This document shows positions 27,547 to 37,449 of a stretch of DNA of 64,000 bases, piece after piece. The notes beneath the pieces were generated by a model. That model was not told the DNA's origin and ran no database searches. It saw only the letters and a list, made by a program, of their open reading frames with translations. This stretch comes from Candidatus Latescibacterota bacterium (GTDB lineage: Bacteria; Latescibacterota; UBA2968; GCA-2709665). Within the stretch, counting starts at the first letter, position 1, and each line of letters opens with the position of its first letter. The stretch lies in NCBI GenBank assembly GCA_965219995.1, contig CBDCOX010000002.1, positions 3,200,001-3,264,000 of the forward strand. Reading direction: 5' to 3'. Both the position numbers and the translations under genes were made by a program.

Positions 27547-28457
27547 CTCAGCACTCCTGTTGAAGTGAAGAATTCCCTCAACCCTTCCATCTCCTCGTCG
27601 TTCAGCGAATGGTACGGTTTCCGGCGCCAGCGCCCGGCCACGCCGAAGATCTCCATCGCTCCGTGGAAACCGGCGTTCCACCCGCCCGTGAGCGTGCCGA
27701 TATAGTCGAAGAACGGCATGTCGTAGTCCCGGACAATCCGGCGCGCCGTCACCAGGTCATTTTTCTCGATCGCGCGCCAGTACCGTCGCGCGATTTCGGG
27801 CTTGAACGTGATATACGACGACATATACCCGTCGCATCCGTACGGCCACATATTCATGTGGTTTACCTTCTGCCCTCCGGCAAATACGGCCACCCGCTCG
27901 TGGGCGACGAGACACAATCGCCGTGCGAAGTCCCCGCACACGTCATCCTTGATGGCCACCACGTTCTCGAATCGATCCAGCGTTTTTTCGATCACCTCCA
28001 GCCCGAACGCCGGCCCCCTGGCGGAGAACGCCCCCGTTACGATCATCACGGGCATCGTGCGCGACACCTCGCCGTAGTGTTCCACCAGCGTCCGGGCAGT
28101 GCTCGAAGCCCCCCATGCCGGAGGAAGCACCATCAGCACGTCGGCTCCCAGTCCTTCCGCGAACGATGCAAACGCAACCGAACGCCGCGTATCGTAATAC
28201 CGGTCCGCCGCCACCACCATTCCGCGGCCGGCGGTATGCTCGCACGCAACCTTCGTCACCTCGGCGATTTCCGCTTCGGACATACAGATATAGTGGCTGT
28301 CCCCGGCCGTCAACAGCACGGTGCGGCTGCCTCCCGCCAGCACGAAATCGATCTGATGACGCAACCCGTCGTAGTCCACGCTGCCGTCTTCGTTGAACGG
28401 CGTGGCGATTGATGAAATGATGCCCGTCAGGTGCGCCCGAACCTCGTCGCGATCCAT
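27543..28457 (-). CDS. Dihydrodipicolinate synthase/N-acetylneuraminate lyase family protein
   Basis: TPFNEDGSVDYDGL, GADVLMVLPP, NVVAIKD (Schiff-base Lys). Confidence 0.88.
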   Translation of the reverse strand: MDRDEVRAHLTGIISSIATPFNEDGSVDYDGLRHQIDFVLAGGSRTVLLTAGDSHYICMSEAEIAEVTKVACEHTAGRGMVVAADRYYDTRRSVAFASFAEGLGADVLMVLPPAWGASSTARTLVEHYGEVSRTMPVMIVTGAFSARGPAFGLEVIEKTLDRFENVVAIKDDVCGDFARRLCLVAHERVAVFAGGQKVNHMNMWPYGCDGYMSSYITFKPEIARRYWRAIEKNDLVTARRIVRDYDMPFFDYIGTLTGGWNAGFHGAMEIFGVAGRWRRKPYHSLNDEEMEGLREFFTSTGVLR

Positions 28458-28469
28458 AACAAACCCCAA

Positions 28470-28697
28470 GGTGAGAAGGGAGAGGGTAGACGGTAGATGA
28501 AAGCGGGGAGACGGTAGACAGTAGACGGTAGATGAAGGCGGTGAGACGTGAGACGGAAGACGGTAGATGACGTCCTTGCCCGATTGATTCTCGCTTAATG
28601 CCTCTGGCAAGAAGTGAAACTACACGGGGCAGACAACCTTTCACGTCGTACGTCTTGCGTCTACCCGTTTTTCAGGTTTTTCCTGTACCGTCTACTA
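28470..28697. repeat. Stacked heptamer arms plus reversed core I
   Basis: Three successive left arms; core is the reverse complement of the 7181/8537 type. Confidence 0.88.
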
Positions 28698-29102
28698 CGG
28701 CCTGACGTCAAACCCCATCTGCCGGAAATGGTGGTCCAACGTCAACACACAACGAATTCTCAGCTCCCTCATGAGAACAAAGCTGCAGCAATCCGTAAAG
28801 GAGAATTCCTTGTCACGATATCCAAAGAAGAGTGTCCGTGCCTGTTCCCTTCGTGCTTCGTCGATGGACTCGATCCTCAGGCGGGATGAACGTTCGATCT
28901 GCACCCACCAGGCTTCAGCGGCATCGAGACCAAGTCTGGACCGAATAACTGTCAGCGTCTCGTCGATGACGTAGTCGGAGGTCGTCAGCAACCCCCCCGA
29001 CGACAGCCATTGGTCGCGGGATTCCCTGACTGCCGACCCCTTCGCGTCGCGGCTGTCTGCTGCCGCGACCCATCCCGCGGTATCGACGAACATATCATTC
29101 AC
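28695..29102 (-). CDS. vapC: PIN-domain VapC toxin
   Basis: FVDTAG, DYVIDET, SFTDCCSF, LTLDHHF. Confidence 0.92.
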   Translation of the reverse strand: MNDMFVDTAGWVAAADSRDAKGSAVRESRDQWLSSGGLLTTSDYVIDETLTVIRSRLGLDAAEAWWVQIERSSRLRIESIDEARREQARTLFFGYRDKEFSFTDCCSFVLMRELRIRCVLTLDHHFRQMGFDVRP

Positions 29103-29347
29103 TGGTACAACGCCTCGTCATGCCGCTCTGCAACGTCGCCCGATTCCGACGCACCGACAGGGGGCGCCTGGTAAAGGGGATCCGCCTGCAGCGGTGTGCT
29201 TCCCCGTGGCGGACTGCCTACGGGGACGATGTCGAAAGCAGGCCGACTGCGATAGAGAACGGTAAATCGCTCCCCGTGCCGCACCCTTGCGACAACCTCT
29301 TTGAGACGCGCGCGGAGCTGTTTGGCATTGATTGTCTCTGGCATCAC
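29099..29347 (-). CDS. Phd/YefM-family antitoxin
   Basis: TINAKQLRARL.EVVARV..GERFTV..R.RP...IVP; 4-bp overlap with vapC. Confidence 0.88.
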   Translation of the reverse strand: MMPETINAKQLRARLKEVVARVRHGERFTVLYRSRPAFDIVPVGSPPRGSTPLQADPLYQAPPVGASESGDVAERHDEALYQ

Positions 29348-29399
29348 GGATCCTTTCTAAAGTTAAACTTAAGATAAACTGCTTCGATAAGAAAAGCAA

Positions 29400-29656
29400 G
29401 ACGGTAGACGTAGCCAACGGCGATCAGCGGTCAGCCGTCAGCTTGAAACAAGAACGAAAATCATAATCAATAATCAAATTCAACGTCTACATTGCCCCAA
29501 ATACCCTAAAGGGGGTGAAACGGGAGAGGGGGAGAATAGCAGCGGTCAGTTTTCAGTCGTCAGCAAAGATCAAAAAAGACAATCAGCGCACACAAAGACA
29601 CGAAGACACAAAGGGAAACCATCGAAAAGCGGGCAACCACAAGGGCTGGCCGTACA
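29400..29656. repeat. Repeat mosaic: heptamer remnant, TCAGC heptamers, ACACAAAG octamers, GTAG-type palindrome
   Basis: Matches 12557-12685, 16781-16861 and 19565-19590. Confidence 0.75.
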
Positions 29657-29819
29657 AATGCGACGACGGCGCGGACGACTCAACGGATATCTATAGTTCC
29701 GATGGGAGGTATTGTCGCGGGGGCGGCTCGCAGGCGCGTCAGGCACTGGGGTCTGCAACAGGAGTACCGGAAGTAGCCAGGCGCTCGTCTTCGAACGGGA
29801 ACGGTTCGGACAGATGGGA

Positions 29820-30044
29820 TTAGCCGATCAACGACTTTACAAGCGGAATGGCGACACAGGCCAGGACAACGCCAAGCATCCACTTCAAAAGCCTGATATC
29901 GCCCTCGATGTTCTGGAGGGGGGACTCAATACCCGTCAGCCGATGTTCGAAGTCGGCGATTTCTTCAGCGGCTTCCCGGGCATGTGCGTCAGGGGTGCCA
30001 GCGGCAACAAAGGCTGCGTAGGTCTTGGAGAGCACGATCGGCAT
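29820..30044 (-). CDS. Small coiled-coil protein with a C-terminal membrane anchor (CCDC90/DUF1640-like)
   Basis: MPIVLSKTYAAFVAAG.P...AREAAEEIA...DIRLLKWMLGVVLA. Confidence 0.65.
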   Translation of the reverse strand: MPIVLSKTYAAFVAAGTPDAHAREAAEEIADFEHRLTGIESPLQNIEGDIRLLKWMLGVVLACVAIPLVKSLIG

Positions 30045-30251
30045 CGTGCAGCCCTTTTGGTGAAGGGATGAAGATGGTTTTTGCAAACTTGAATCAGAGT
30101 ATTCCAAATCCTTCTTTGTTCTGACTGTAGCAGTCTCACAAACAAATGATCGCGGAAATGGCAGACAATGGCAAGTCAAAAATCGTCGGTAAGACGGTCT
30201 TGATGAATTGCGGCTGTCGGCGGCCGCGATGCCGATTCGCGATATTCGCCC

Positions 30252-30812
30252 TTAATGGTGCCCTTTCTCCTTCCCGCCGTCATCGTCCGCTCCCTCGCCA
30301 TGCTCTTTCTTTCCCTCACCGTGTTCGTCCCCATTCTCCCCGTGCCCGCCCGTGCCGGGCCCTCCGATTCGCAATATATGCCCATCGATATCGGCGACAA
30401 GCATCTCCCGTGCCCCCCACGACCGGTCGACGGGTCTCTGCCTGATTTCCGCCCCCGCCCGTGCGTATTTCTCGTGCAGTTCATCGACGTCGTTGACGCT
30501 GTAATAGATCCACACCGGCCGGGCGCCCTGCCCGTTTTCGCTCAGAAAGACGTTGACTTCGCCGTTGGAAATCGAGGCAAAGGTCTTGTCTTCTTTTTCG
30601 GCAGGCCAGTCCCAGTCCTTTTTGAAACCGAGAACCGTGGTATAGTGCGCGATGCTTGCTTCAACGCTTTGAACGTTCAGAATTGGCGTAACCGCGGTGA
30701 ATGCCGTGGATTCGGGACCGGAATCCCTGTCGCGGTCCTCGTGCGCAGAGACGACGAGACTCATGCCGATGGCGAATCCTGCAACGACTGCTGCGATTCC
30801 GGGACGCGTCAT
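30252..30812 (-). CDS. Exported VOC/glyoxalase-bleomycin resistance family protein
   Basis: Signal peptide; PILNV..VEASI.HY..VLGF, WGAREMLVADIDGH; AGGAGG RBS. Confidence 0.85.
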   Translation of the reverse strand: MTRPGIAAVVAGFAIGMSLVVSAHEDRDRDSGPESTAFTAVTPILNVQSVEASIAHYTTVLGFKKDWDWPAEKEDKTFASISNGEVNVFLSENGQGARPVWIYYSVNDVDELHEKYARAGAEIRQRPVDRSWGAREMLVADIDGHILRIGGPGTGGHGENGDEHGEGKKEHGEGADDDGGKEKGHH

Positions 30813-31031
30813 GGTTTTCCTCCTGGGGTAGGTTGACTCAGGTTGCGTTGCAAGATGCGTTTGTGGGGCAATCTGCGACGCATCCGCTGACTGCCGCGGG
30901 TGAATTTCCCTTAACTTAATTGATAACAGATAGTTGAATTCAACTTCGGCGTCAGGACCGTTTCACCGAGATTCCTTTTGGGTTGCAATGTGCGACGCCC
31001 TTACCCTTTGCCGACTTGCCCTCTTATAGTT

Positions 31032-31089
31032 TAATCTATTGTTTTTTAATAGGTTGTATATAGATCCCCACATCGGCACGGATTTTGTA
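31032..31089 (+). promoter_or_regulatory. Putative sigma54 promoter with an upstream IHF-like site
   Basis: CGGCACGGATTTTGT at 31074-31088; TAATCTATTGTTT at 31032 (one mismatch to the IHF consensus). Confidence 0.5.
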
Positions 31090-31234
31090 TTTATTCTAAG
31101 GACCCGCTATCCGGCAGTATGGCGCGAGGTGACACACTTCCGTAGGGGCGCCCCGCGGGTCAACCCTCGTGGAAACCCGAGGGTATGTTGCGCACTTCCA
31201 ATTGGCAGACGACGTCGTCCATGGGAGGGAAACC

Positions 31235-31939
31235 ATGCCGTCTTCCGAAAACGGATTCGCACGCCAGATCGCGAGGTTGTTCAAGGAGTTGGTCGAACGG
31301 GAACTGATAAGCATCGAACGGACTATCAAGGGGCGAAAACGGGAGCTGCGTCGAAAGATCGAAGCGAGGGAAACGGAACTGAAAGACGACGGTGGACTGG
31401 AGTCCCTGTTCGATCAATACAAAGCCGGCCTTTCGGAAACAGAGCGGCCGGAGAGTCGGGTGCAGGAACGCCGCATGTATTACAGTTGGGAAGGCGGACT
31501 CAGGTCAGAACTGGGGCGGTGGAGAATGGAGCTGGCGGAACTGGAAAACCGTTCCAGCGACCCGCAGGCAACTCTGACGAGTGCGCGGAAAAAGGTCATG
31601 CGCCTGCTGCTGCGTGAGACGCTGGTGGCGGCCGGTCCGGAAGGCAACCATGAACCGGAATCGGGTGAGGACGTGTATGACAGTCTCGAGGACTGTCTCA
31701 TTCCGGTTATCCGCCACATGAAGAAAGGCAAAAGCCATTCGGTGGCATTCCGCATGGTTGCCGAAACATTGGGGATTCGAAAAACGACGGTTGTCTCTCG
31801 ATGTACTGGCGACCTGGACCTGACAACGGAACAATTCGTCAGGCATGTTACCAACGGCGGGATCGTTCAGGTCGTGAAGGAAAGATACCCCGATCAGATC
31901 GAGCTGATTTGCCGCGAGCTTGCGCCGCTGTATCGGTAG
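31235..31939 (+). CDS. Hypothetical protein with a coiled coil and possible C-terminal HTH
   Basis: GGAGGG RBS before ATG 31235; charged helical N-terminus; AFRMVAETLGIRKTTVVSRC. Confidence 0.7.
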   Translation: MPSSENGFARQIARLFKELVERELISIERTIKGRKRELRRKIEARETELKDDGGLESLFDQYKAGLSETERPESRVQERRMYYSWEGGLRSELGRWRMELAELENRSSDPQATLTSARKKVMRLLLRETLVAAGPEGNHEPESGEDVYDSLEDCLIPVIRHMKKGKSHSVAFRMVAETLGIRKTTVVSRCTGDLDLTTEQFVRHVTNGGIVQVVKERYPDQIELICRELAPLYR

Positions 31940-32051
31940 TGCTCACAGATCCTTTCGGGACTCGAACCGCGGGCGGCCCCCCGCACGTGCTCGCATCCGC
32001 ACGTATCCATCGGATATGCTGCGCCCGGAGCGATTCAGAGGGATCGAGCGG

Positions 32052-33470
32052 CTAATTCTTCAACGCTTCCAACCCGAACCGTTCCGTGGTCTCGAGCGTC
32101 TCCCTCACGTCGTCCCAGCTGGTGTTGTGGTTGAGGATGCACATCCTCAGCGAAAACGTCCCGTGAAGAAGCGTCGACGAAAAAAACGCCCGATCTTCCC
32201 AGAACACGCGCGCAAGCACCTTCCTGTTGATTTCTTCCAATGCCGCTTCGTCCAGCTCCTCGCCGGAAGGATTCACGCGAAAACAAACCACGCCCAGCGA
32301 CACGGGCGTCAGAAGCTCCAGGTTCGGACGCTTCTCCACGAATTCCCCGGCGCGGACGGCAAGCTCCATACCCCTGGATACAGCGCGCCGGAACGCCGCC
32401 ATGCCGAACGTCTGCACGGACATCCAGATCTTCAACGCACGCACAGACCGGCTCAGTTGCAGGCCCCGGTCCGCGATGTTGGGATGGTTCGCGCCCCATA
32501 CCGTATCCTGCAGGATATCCGGATGCACACCGAAAGCGCGCTCGAGAGTGCCCTCGTCCTTGACGAGGAGGCCGCCAGCCTCGTACGGCTGGAAGAACCA
32601 CTTGTGGGCATCCAGACCGATCGAATCGGCGCGCGCGATTCCACGCAGCAACGTACTGCCACGCTCCGTCACAAGCGCGAAGCCGCCGTAGGCCGCATCC
32701 ACGTGAAGCCAGATCCCTTCCGCCTCGCAGAAATCCGCCATCGCCGCCAGCGGGTCAATTGCCCCGGTGCTGCTGGTTCCCGCGTTTGCGCAGACCGCGA
32801 TGGGGTTGAACCCCGCCGCGCGATCCTCGGCCACCGAGCGCGCCAGCGCGTCCACGTCCAGCCGGAACCGTTCATCGCTGGGAATCATGCGGGTACATTC
32901 CGGGCGTACGCCCACGATCCCGGCCGCGCGGACGTGCGCGCTGTGGCTCTGGTCGCTCATGTAGACGGTCGCGCGATCGGGATGGCCCGCGGCTTCACGA
33001 GCGGCTACCAATGCGTCGATGCTGGCGGCCGAACCCCCGCTCGTGAGCAGGCCGCCCGCGCTTTCAGGATAGCCGACCCAGCGTCGCAGCCAGTCGATCA
33101 CCACCAGTTCAAGTTGACTCGGACCGCTGGCGACCAGCCAGGTGCACGCGTTGACATTGTATCCGGCCGCCAGGAAATCGGCGAGCACGCCCGGCCACGT
33201 GGGCGACGAGGGGATGAATCCGAAGCATCTCGGATGGTCGAGCCGAGTCGTGAATGGAAGGATCTCCTTCGCGGCCTGATCCATCACCTCCTCGGCCGGT
33301 CGCCCCGCCTCCGGGGGCGCCTCCATCAACCGATGTTCGAGTTCGCGCCGGAACTCGCCGTCCCATGCGCCTTCCTCGGGCAGGTTTTCGGCCCGCGCAA
33401 CCAGGAGTTCGGCAGCTTTACGCGCCAGTGCGAGCATCGCCTGGGGCGACATCTGAAGATCGCCGCACAC
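32052..33470 (-). CDS. Group II PLP-dependent decarboxylase (aromatic L-amino-acid decarboxylase-like)
   Basis: HPRCFGFIP, TSGGS, HVDAAYGG, DAHKW, LRMCILN. Confidence 0.93.
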   Translation of the reverse strand: MCGDLQMSPQAMLALARKAAELLVARAENLPEEGAWDGEFRRELEHRLMEAPPEAGRPAEEVMDQAAKEILPFTTRLDHPRCFGFIPSSPTWPGVLADFLAAGYNVNACTWLVASGPSQLELVVIDWLRRWVGYPESAGGLLTSGGSAASIDALVAAREAAGHPDRATVYMSDQSHSAHVRAAGIVGVRPECTRMIPSDERFRLDVDALARSVAEDRAAGFNPIAVCANAGTSSTGAIDPLAAMADFCEAEGIWLHVDAAYGGFALVTERGSTLLRGIARADSIGLDAHKWFFQPYEAGGLLVKDEGTLERAFGVHPDILQDTVWGANHPNIADRGLQLSRSVRALKIWMSVQTFGMAAFRRAVSRGMELAVRAGEFVEKRPNLELLTPVSLGVVCFRVNPSGEELDEAALEEINRKVLARVFWEDRAFFSSTLLHGTFSLRMCILNHNTSWDDVRETLETTERFGLEALKN

Positions 33471-33686
33471 GCCGTTGTTCTTTTTCTTATCGGATCCTAT
33501 GGCGCCGTCTCGTTGTTCTTTGTTGACTCTCGGGGATTTGCGACACGACCGCCCTGTTATTGCCGCCTGTCGGTGTTACGGAGGTTCCAGGCAGGAAGCC
33601 AGGACCCGATTAGTTCATTTATTTGCACTAAATGGGTTGACATCCCCCAGGAAAACGCACATATATAATACAAGGGAGACGCGGAA

Positions 33687-33751
33687 TTGCAAACCAGAAC
33701 CGATCAGGTCCGGCGCCGGCTGGAAAAGGAAAGGCCGGTTGGCTTGAATAA
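33687..33751 (+). pseudogene. hicA: Internally deleted hicA toxin remnant
   Basis: TTG-start LQTRTDQVRRRLEKE joined out of frame to KAGWLE-stop, directly upstream of hicB; TTGACA at 33637 and TATAAT at 33664 upstream. Confidence 0.6.
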
Positions 33752-33775
33752 ACGAGTTGGAAGGAGGACCCGCGC

Positions 33776-34162
33776 GTGGCTCGTTATCCCGCGCTGATCG
33801 ATGGCGAAACCGGCGCTTATGGTGTGACGTTTCCCGGTATTCCCGGCATCGTCGCCATGGGAAAAACCGTGGACGAGGCGCTGATGAACGCCGAAGAAGC
33901 GCTTCGCGACTATGTAGTCGAGGCCGAGAAGGACGGAGAGACGATACCGCCGCCAGGGGCTCTGGAACGGGTGGAGGTCCCGAACGGACAGGCGCTTGTG
34001 TCCGTCCCGCTGATTCGAATCTCCGGCCGGAACGTACGCGCCCACATGACGCTGGACGAAGGCGTCGCGGCGTTTATCGACGGTGAGGCGCGAAGACGCC
34101 GTATGACCCGCAAGGCCTATGTCGAATGGATGGTCCGACGTATCGCGGAGATGGGCGGATAG
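33776..34162 (+). CDS. hicB: HicB-family antitoxin
   Basis: RYPALID...YGVTFP.IPG..AMG.TVDEAL.NAEEAL; C-terminal RHH-like domain; AGGAGG RBS. Confidence 0.9.
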   Translation: MARYPALIDGETGAYGVTFPGIPGIVAMGKTVDEALMNAEEALRDYVVEAEKDGETIPPPGALERVEVPNGQALVSVPLIRISGRNVRAHMTLDEGVAAFIDGEARRRRMTRKAYVEWMVRRIAEMGG

Positions 34163-34193
34163 GCGCCGCAAACGCACGCCCGGATACGGACCC

Positions 34194-35723
34194 TTATTCG
34201 AAAACGACCAGTTCGCCGTTCCTTACGACCAGCACGACCGGATCGTAAACCGCGTCGCCGCTTTCGTCGAATGAAAACGAGCCCAGAACCGTTTCCAGGT
34301 CCCTCGTACCCGCCATCGCGTCTCGAATCGCGCCCGCGTCGGTTGACCAGGCCCCGGCGATTGCTTCCGTGAGAATGTACATGGCGGCGTACGACTGCGC
34401 GGCCCACGTGTCAGGTTCAGTACCGTATTTCGTTACGTAATTCTCCACAAAGGTCTCATTGCCCGGCGTGGAAGCCGCGCCCGACCAGCTGACAAATGAA
34501 ATCGCGCCCTCCGCAGCGTCACCCGCGGCCTCGACTTCAGCCCTCGACAGAGCGGGAACGAGAAAGGTTACGTTCGAAGCTATGCCGACCTCGCGCGCCT
34601 GAATCAAAATCTCCGATAGTTCGGTACCCAGGGCCGAGACGAAGACGGCATGCGGATTCAACGCCTTGATGCGCGTTAACTGTTCCGTAAAGGTGGTATC
34701 GCCGGTGTTGATGGTTTCTCGCGCCAGGATTTCGACGTCGATTTCGGCCAGTGTGTTTCTGATCGCCTCGTCGCTGCTGCGGGAGAAGAGGTCGACCTCG
34801 TCCACGATCATGGCGACTCTACGATACCTCAGCTTTTCCTGTGTCTCCCTGACCGAGCCGGGGACAAGCGCATTGACGTTCAGTCCGGCGCGGAAGATAT
34901 AGTCGCCTATCGCGCTCAGGCCGGCCGCGGTCGACGTGGAACTGAACGCAATGACCTCGTTCCGCTGGGCGATGGGAAACGCTTCCCTGGCGGCGGTGGA
35001 AATCACAGGACCGAGTATGGCGGACACACCGTCCTTGTCGATCAGTCTGTTGAACGCTTCAACGGCTCCGTCCGCGGTACCTCGTGAATCCACGACAATG
35101 AAGCGGATGCGCGCGCCGCCAAGTTTCGATGAACCGTTGATTTCGTTCTGCGCCAGCGCAAACCCGTCTCGCGCGGGAAATCCGTATCGCGTCTGCGGGC
35201 CTGTCAGAGGAAGAACGACACCGATCGCAATCTCCGCCGGAAGCCCGCCGGGCGCCAGCATGATCGAACCCGCCACGCGGGCTCTGTCGCCGACCGGCAG
35301 TTCGACCGTCGTTTCGTAGCCGCCGTTAACGGGAATACTGGACCAGGTTCCCAGCACACGACCGCCCCGTATCGCGCGCGCGCGGTAATAACCGGTCACC
35401 CGGTCATCTCCGATATTGATCCTCGCCCGGCCGCGGGCGTTGGTTGTGCCCGACCACATGTACTCCGCGGCCCTCCCCGAAACGGATCGTCCGAGTTCCA
35501 CGGTGACGCCGCTTACCGGCGTCTGATCCCGTGTTGCGCGGGCCACCACAACCGCCAATGCCCGGTCCCCACCCGAAGCCAGTTTGCCCAGCGGCCCCAC
35601 CGCCTGCCCGTCGGCCTCCGGCAATTGAGACGTCGTCAACCGATCGCCGGCGCAACCCCATGCTGCGCATATGGCCAGAGCCGGCAACAACACACTGCGG
35701 ATACGGAAAGATTGATTACGCAT
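34194..35723 (-). CDS. Lipoprotein: shared N-terminal module plus LivJ/K-type solute-binding domain (type A)
   Basis: Lipobox AWGC; IGVVLPLTG, ILGP..S, YIFR, AAQSYAA, LGSFSFDESGD. Confidence 0.9.
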   Translation of the reverse strand: MRNQSFRIRSVLLPALAICAAWGCAGDRLTTSQLPEADGQAVGPLGKLASGGDRALAVVVARATRDQTPVSGVTVELGRSVSGRAAEYMWSGTTNARGRARINIGDDRVTGYYRARAIRGGRVLGTWSSIPVNGGYETTVELPVGDRARVAGSIMLAPGGLPAEIAIGVVLPLTGPQTRYGFPARDGFALAQNEINGSSKLGGARIRFIVVDSRGTADGAVEAFNRLIDKDGVSAILGPVISTAAREAFPIAQRNEVIAFSSTSTAAGLSAIGDYIFRAGLNVNALVPGSVRETQEKLRYRRVAMIVDEVDLFSRSSDEAIRNTLAEIDVEILARETINTGDTTFTEQLTRIKALNPHAVFVSALGTELSEILIQAREVGIASNVTFLVPALSRAEVEAAGDAAEGAISFVSWSGAASTPGNETFVENYVTKYGTEPDTWAAQSYAAMYILTEAIAGAWSTDAGAIRDAMAGTRDLETVLGSFSFDESGDAVYDPVVLVVRNGELVVFE

Positions 35724-35758
35724 TGGATCCCCTTGTTCTTCGGAGTTCAGGACCTTTC

Positions 35759-35838
35759 CAGCCCGTTGAAAAAGCCCACCCGGACTGCGTCCGGCCCTTG
35801 CGGCCGAAACCCTGCGTTGCGACTTTGTCAACGGACTG
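35759..35838. mobile_element. 80-bp MITE-like element
   Basis: Imperfect terminal inverted repeats CAGCCCGTTGAAAAAGC / GACTTTGTCAACGGACTG. Confidence 0.5.
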
Positions 35839-37449
35839 TTACGGCTCGAACCGATAGACCACCGGCAATTGCGAAGGGTCGGTGACATTCGGATCCGTGT
35901 GGTGATAGATATTGATGCGCCCGGTTCCGCAATCTCCAAACTCATCGCTGGAGATCGTGCCGATGAGACCCTCGAATCCGGACGTGGCGAAGAGCTCCCG
36001 GCGCAGCGCGTTGCGGTCGACGATCAACGATTCGTCGTCCTGAATCGCCACGGACGCGATGGCGCTGAGCAGCAGCGTCGCGGCGTCGTAGGAGTGCGCC
36101 CAGTACGGCGTGCCCGGAAACCCGCCGTGCGCGGCTTCATAGGCGGTCAGGACGTCCTCAACGCTTTTTCCGGTTACCGCATTGACATTTGTGCCCAGGT
36201 CTGCCTCCGGCCCGGCAGCGTAAACGCCCTCGGACTGCGGGGTGGCCAGAAATTCCGAATCGAGAAGGGCCGCGCCCGTGATAAGCGTCACGCTTTCCAG
36301 GCCGTCGAATTCCTTCGCCTGCTTCGCAAATGGTATTCCTTCCTCGTCGAAGAGCGGGAAGAAGATTCCGTCCGGCCCTGCCTCGGCAAACTGCGTGAGG
36401 ACGGAGGTCATGTCCTCTTGCCCCTTGTCTATCCGGGCGCTGACCGGTACCTCGCCTCCCACGGCGGCGAACGCATCGCCGAACGCACTGACGAGGGCCG
36501 TTGTGTACGGGTCGCCGTCGTCCAGCGCTACCATGCGCCTCAGACCCAGTTCATTGTACGCGAAGTCAGCCACAGCCCGTGCCTGGTAGAGGTCGTTGAC
36601 CGCAACGCGAAAGTATCCGGGGTGGTAGTCGGAACTTGCGTTGCCCGCCAGATCGGACGTCAGCCTCGGCGACGTATTGGACGGCGAGATCATTACGAGC
36701 CCGGCTTCGCTGATCACCGGCGAGGCGGCCACGGCCGCCCCGGAGCAGGAGGTCCCGATAACCCCCAGCACCCGCGAATCCGCGACAATCTGTTCCGCCC
36801 CCGCGCGTCCGCCGTCGGGACCGCACATGCCGTCGATTGCCTCACCGAGTTCGACGCCGTGTCCATGGATCATTCCAAAATCGGCAACGGCCAGTTCAAC
36901 GGCATTTCGCGACGGATTGCCAAGCGACGCGGCGATGGTGTGCGTGAGCAGCGAACGAATGTGCACGGCCTCGCCTCCGCCAATCGTCACCAGGGTCCGG
37001 ACGTATGTACCCGTCACGCGTGCGTTTCCGCCAACGGGCAGATCGACCATGACTTCGTACCCCATGTTAACGGGTATGCTCGACCACGAACCGAGCAGGC
37101 TCCCGGCATCCATGGCGCGGACCTGATAGTAACCTCCGCCCGACGCGACTTCGACCCGCGCCAGGCCGTTCGCGTCGGTGGCGCCCGACGACTGGAAGCT
37201 GGCCGCCCGTCCTGAAATCGATCGCGCGATTTCCACCGTAACGCCGCCCAACGGCATTTGACCGTCCAGCACCCGGCCCACGACCAGGGCCGGAGTCACG
37301 TCCCCGCCGGAAGCCAGTTTGCCCAGCGGCTGACCGCCCGGTTCGCCGGACTCAGGTGCCTGCGACGTGGTCACGGGTTCCCCGCCGCAGCCCCAGGTTA
37401 CTGCTGCGACGAGTGTCAGCGCCAATAGACTGCGAGCCCGGTTAAACAT
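35839..37449 (-). CDS. Lipoprotein: shared N-terminal module plus branched-chain amino acid-type binding domain (type B)
   Basis: Lipobox TWGC; IGTSCSGA, ISPSNTSP.LT, YFRV, AHSYDAA, DEFGDCG; GGAGGG RBS. Confidence 0.9.
   Translation of the reverse strand: MFNRARSLLALTLVAAVTWGCGGEPVTTSQAPESGEPGGQPLGKLASGGDVTPALVVGRVLDGQMPLGGVTVEIARSISGRAASFQSSGATDANGLARVEVASGGGYYQVRAMDAGSLLGSWSSIPVNMGYEVMVDLPVGGNARVTGTYVRTLVTIGGGEAVHIRSLLTHTIAASLGNPSRNAVELAVADFGMIHGHGVELGEAIDGMCGPDGGRAGAEQIVADSRVLGVIGTSCSGAAVAASPVISEAGLVMISPSNTSPRLTSDLAGNASSDYHPGYFRVAVNDLYQARAVADFAYNELGLRRMVALDDGDPYTTALVSAFGDAFAAVGGEVPVSARIDKGQEDMTSVLTQFAEAGPDGIFFPLFDEEGIPFAKQAKEFDGLESVTLITGAALLDSEFLATPQSEGVYAAGPEADLGTNVNAVTGKSVEDVLTAYEAAHGGFPGTPYWAHSYDAATLLLSAIASVAIQDDESLIVDRNALRRELFATSGFEGLIGTISSDEFGDCGTGRINIYHHTDPNVTDPSQLPVVYRFEP

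Noticed and set aside
25159-27705. 848-aa plus-strand ORF and similar long antisense ORFs (31920-33668, 14080-15540, 35869-37215)
   Set aside because: Shadow frames of well-supported minus-strand genes in GC-rich DNA; no recognisable motifs
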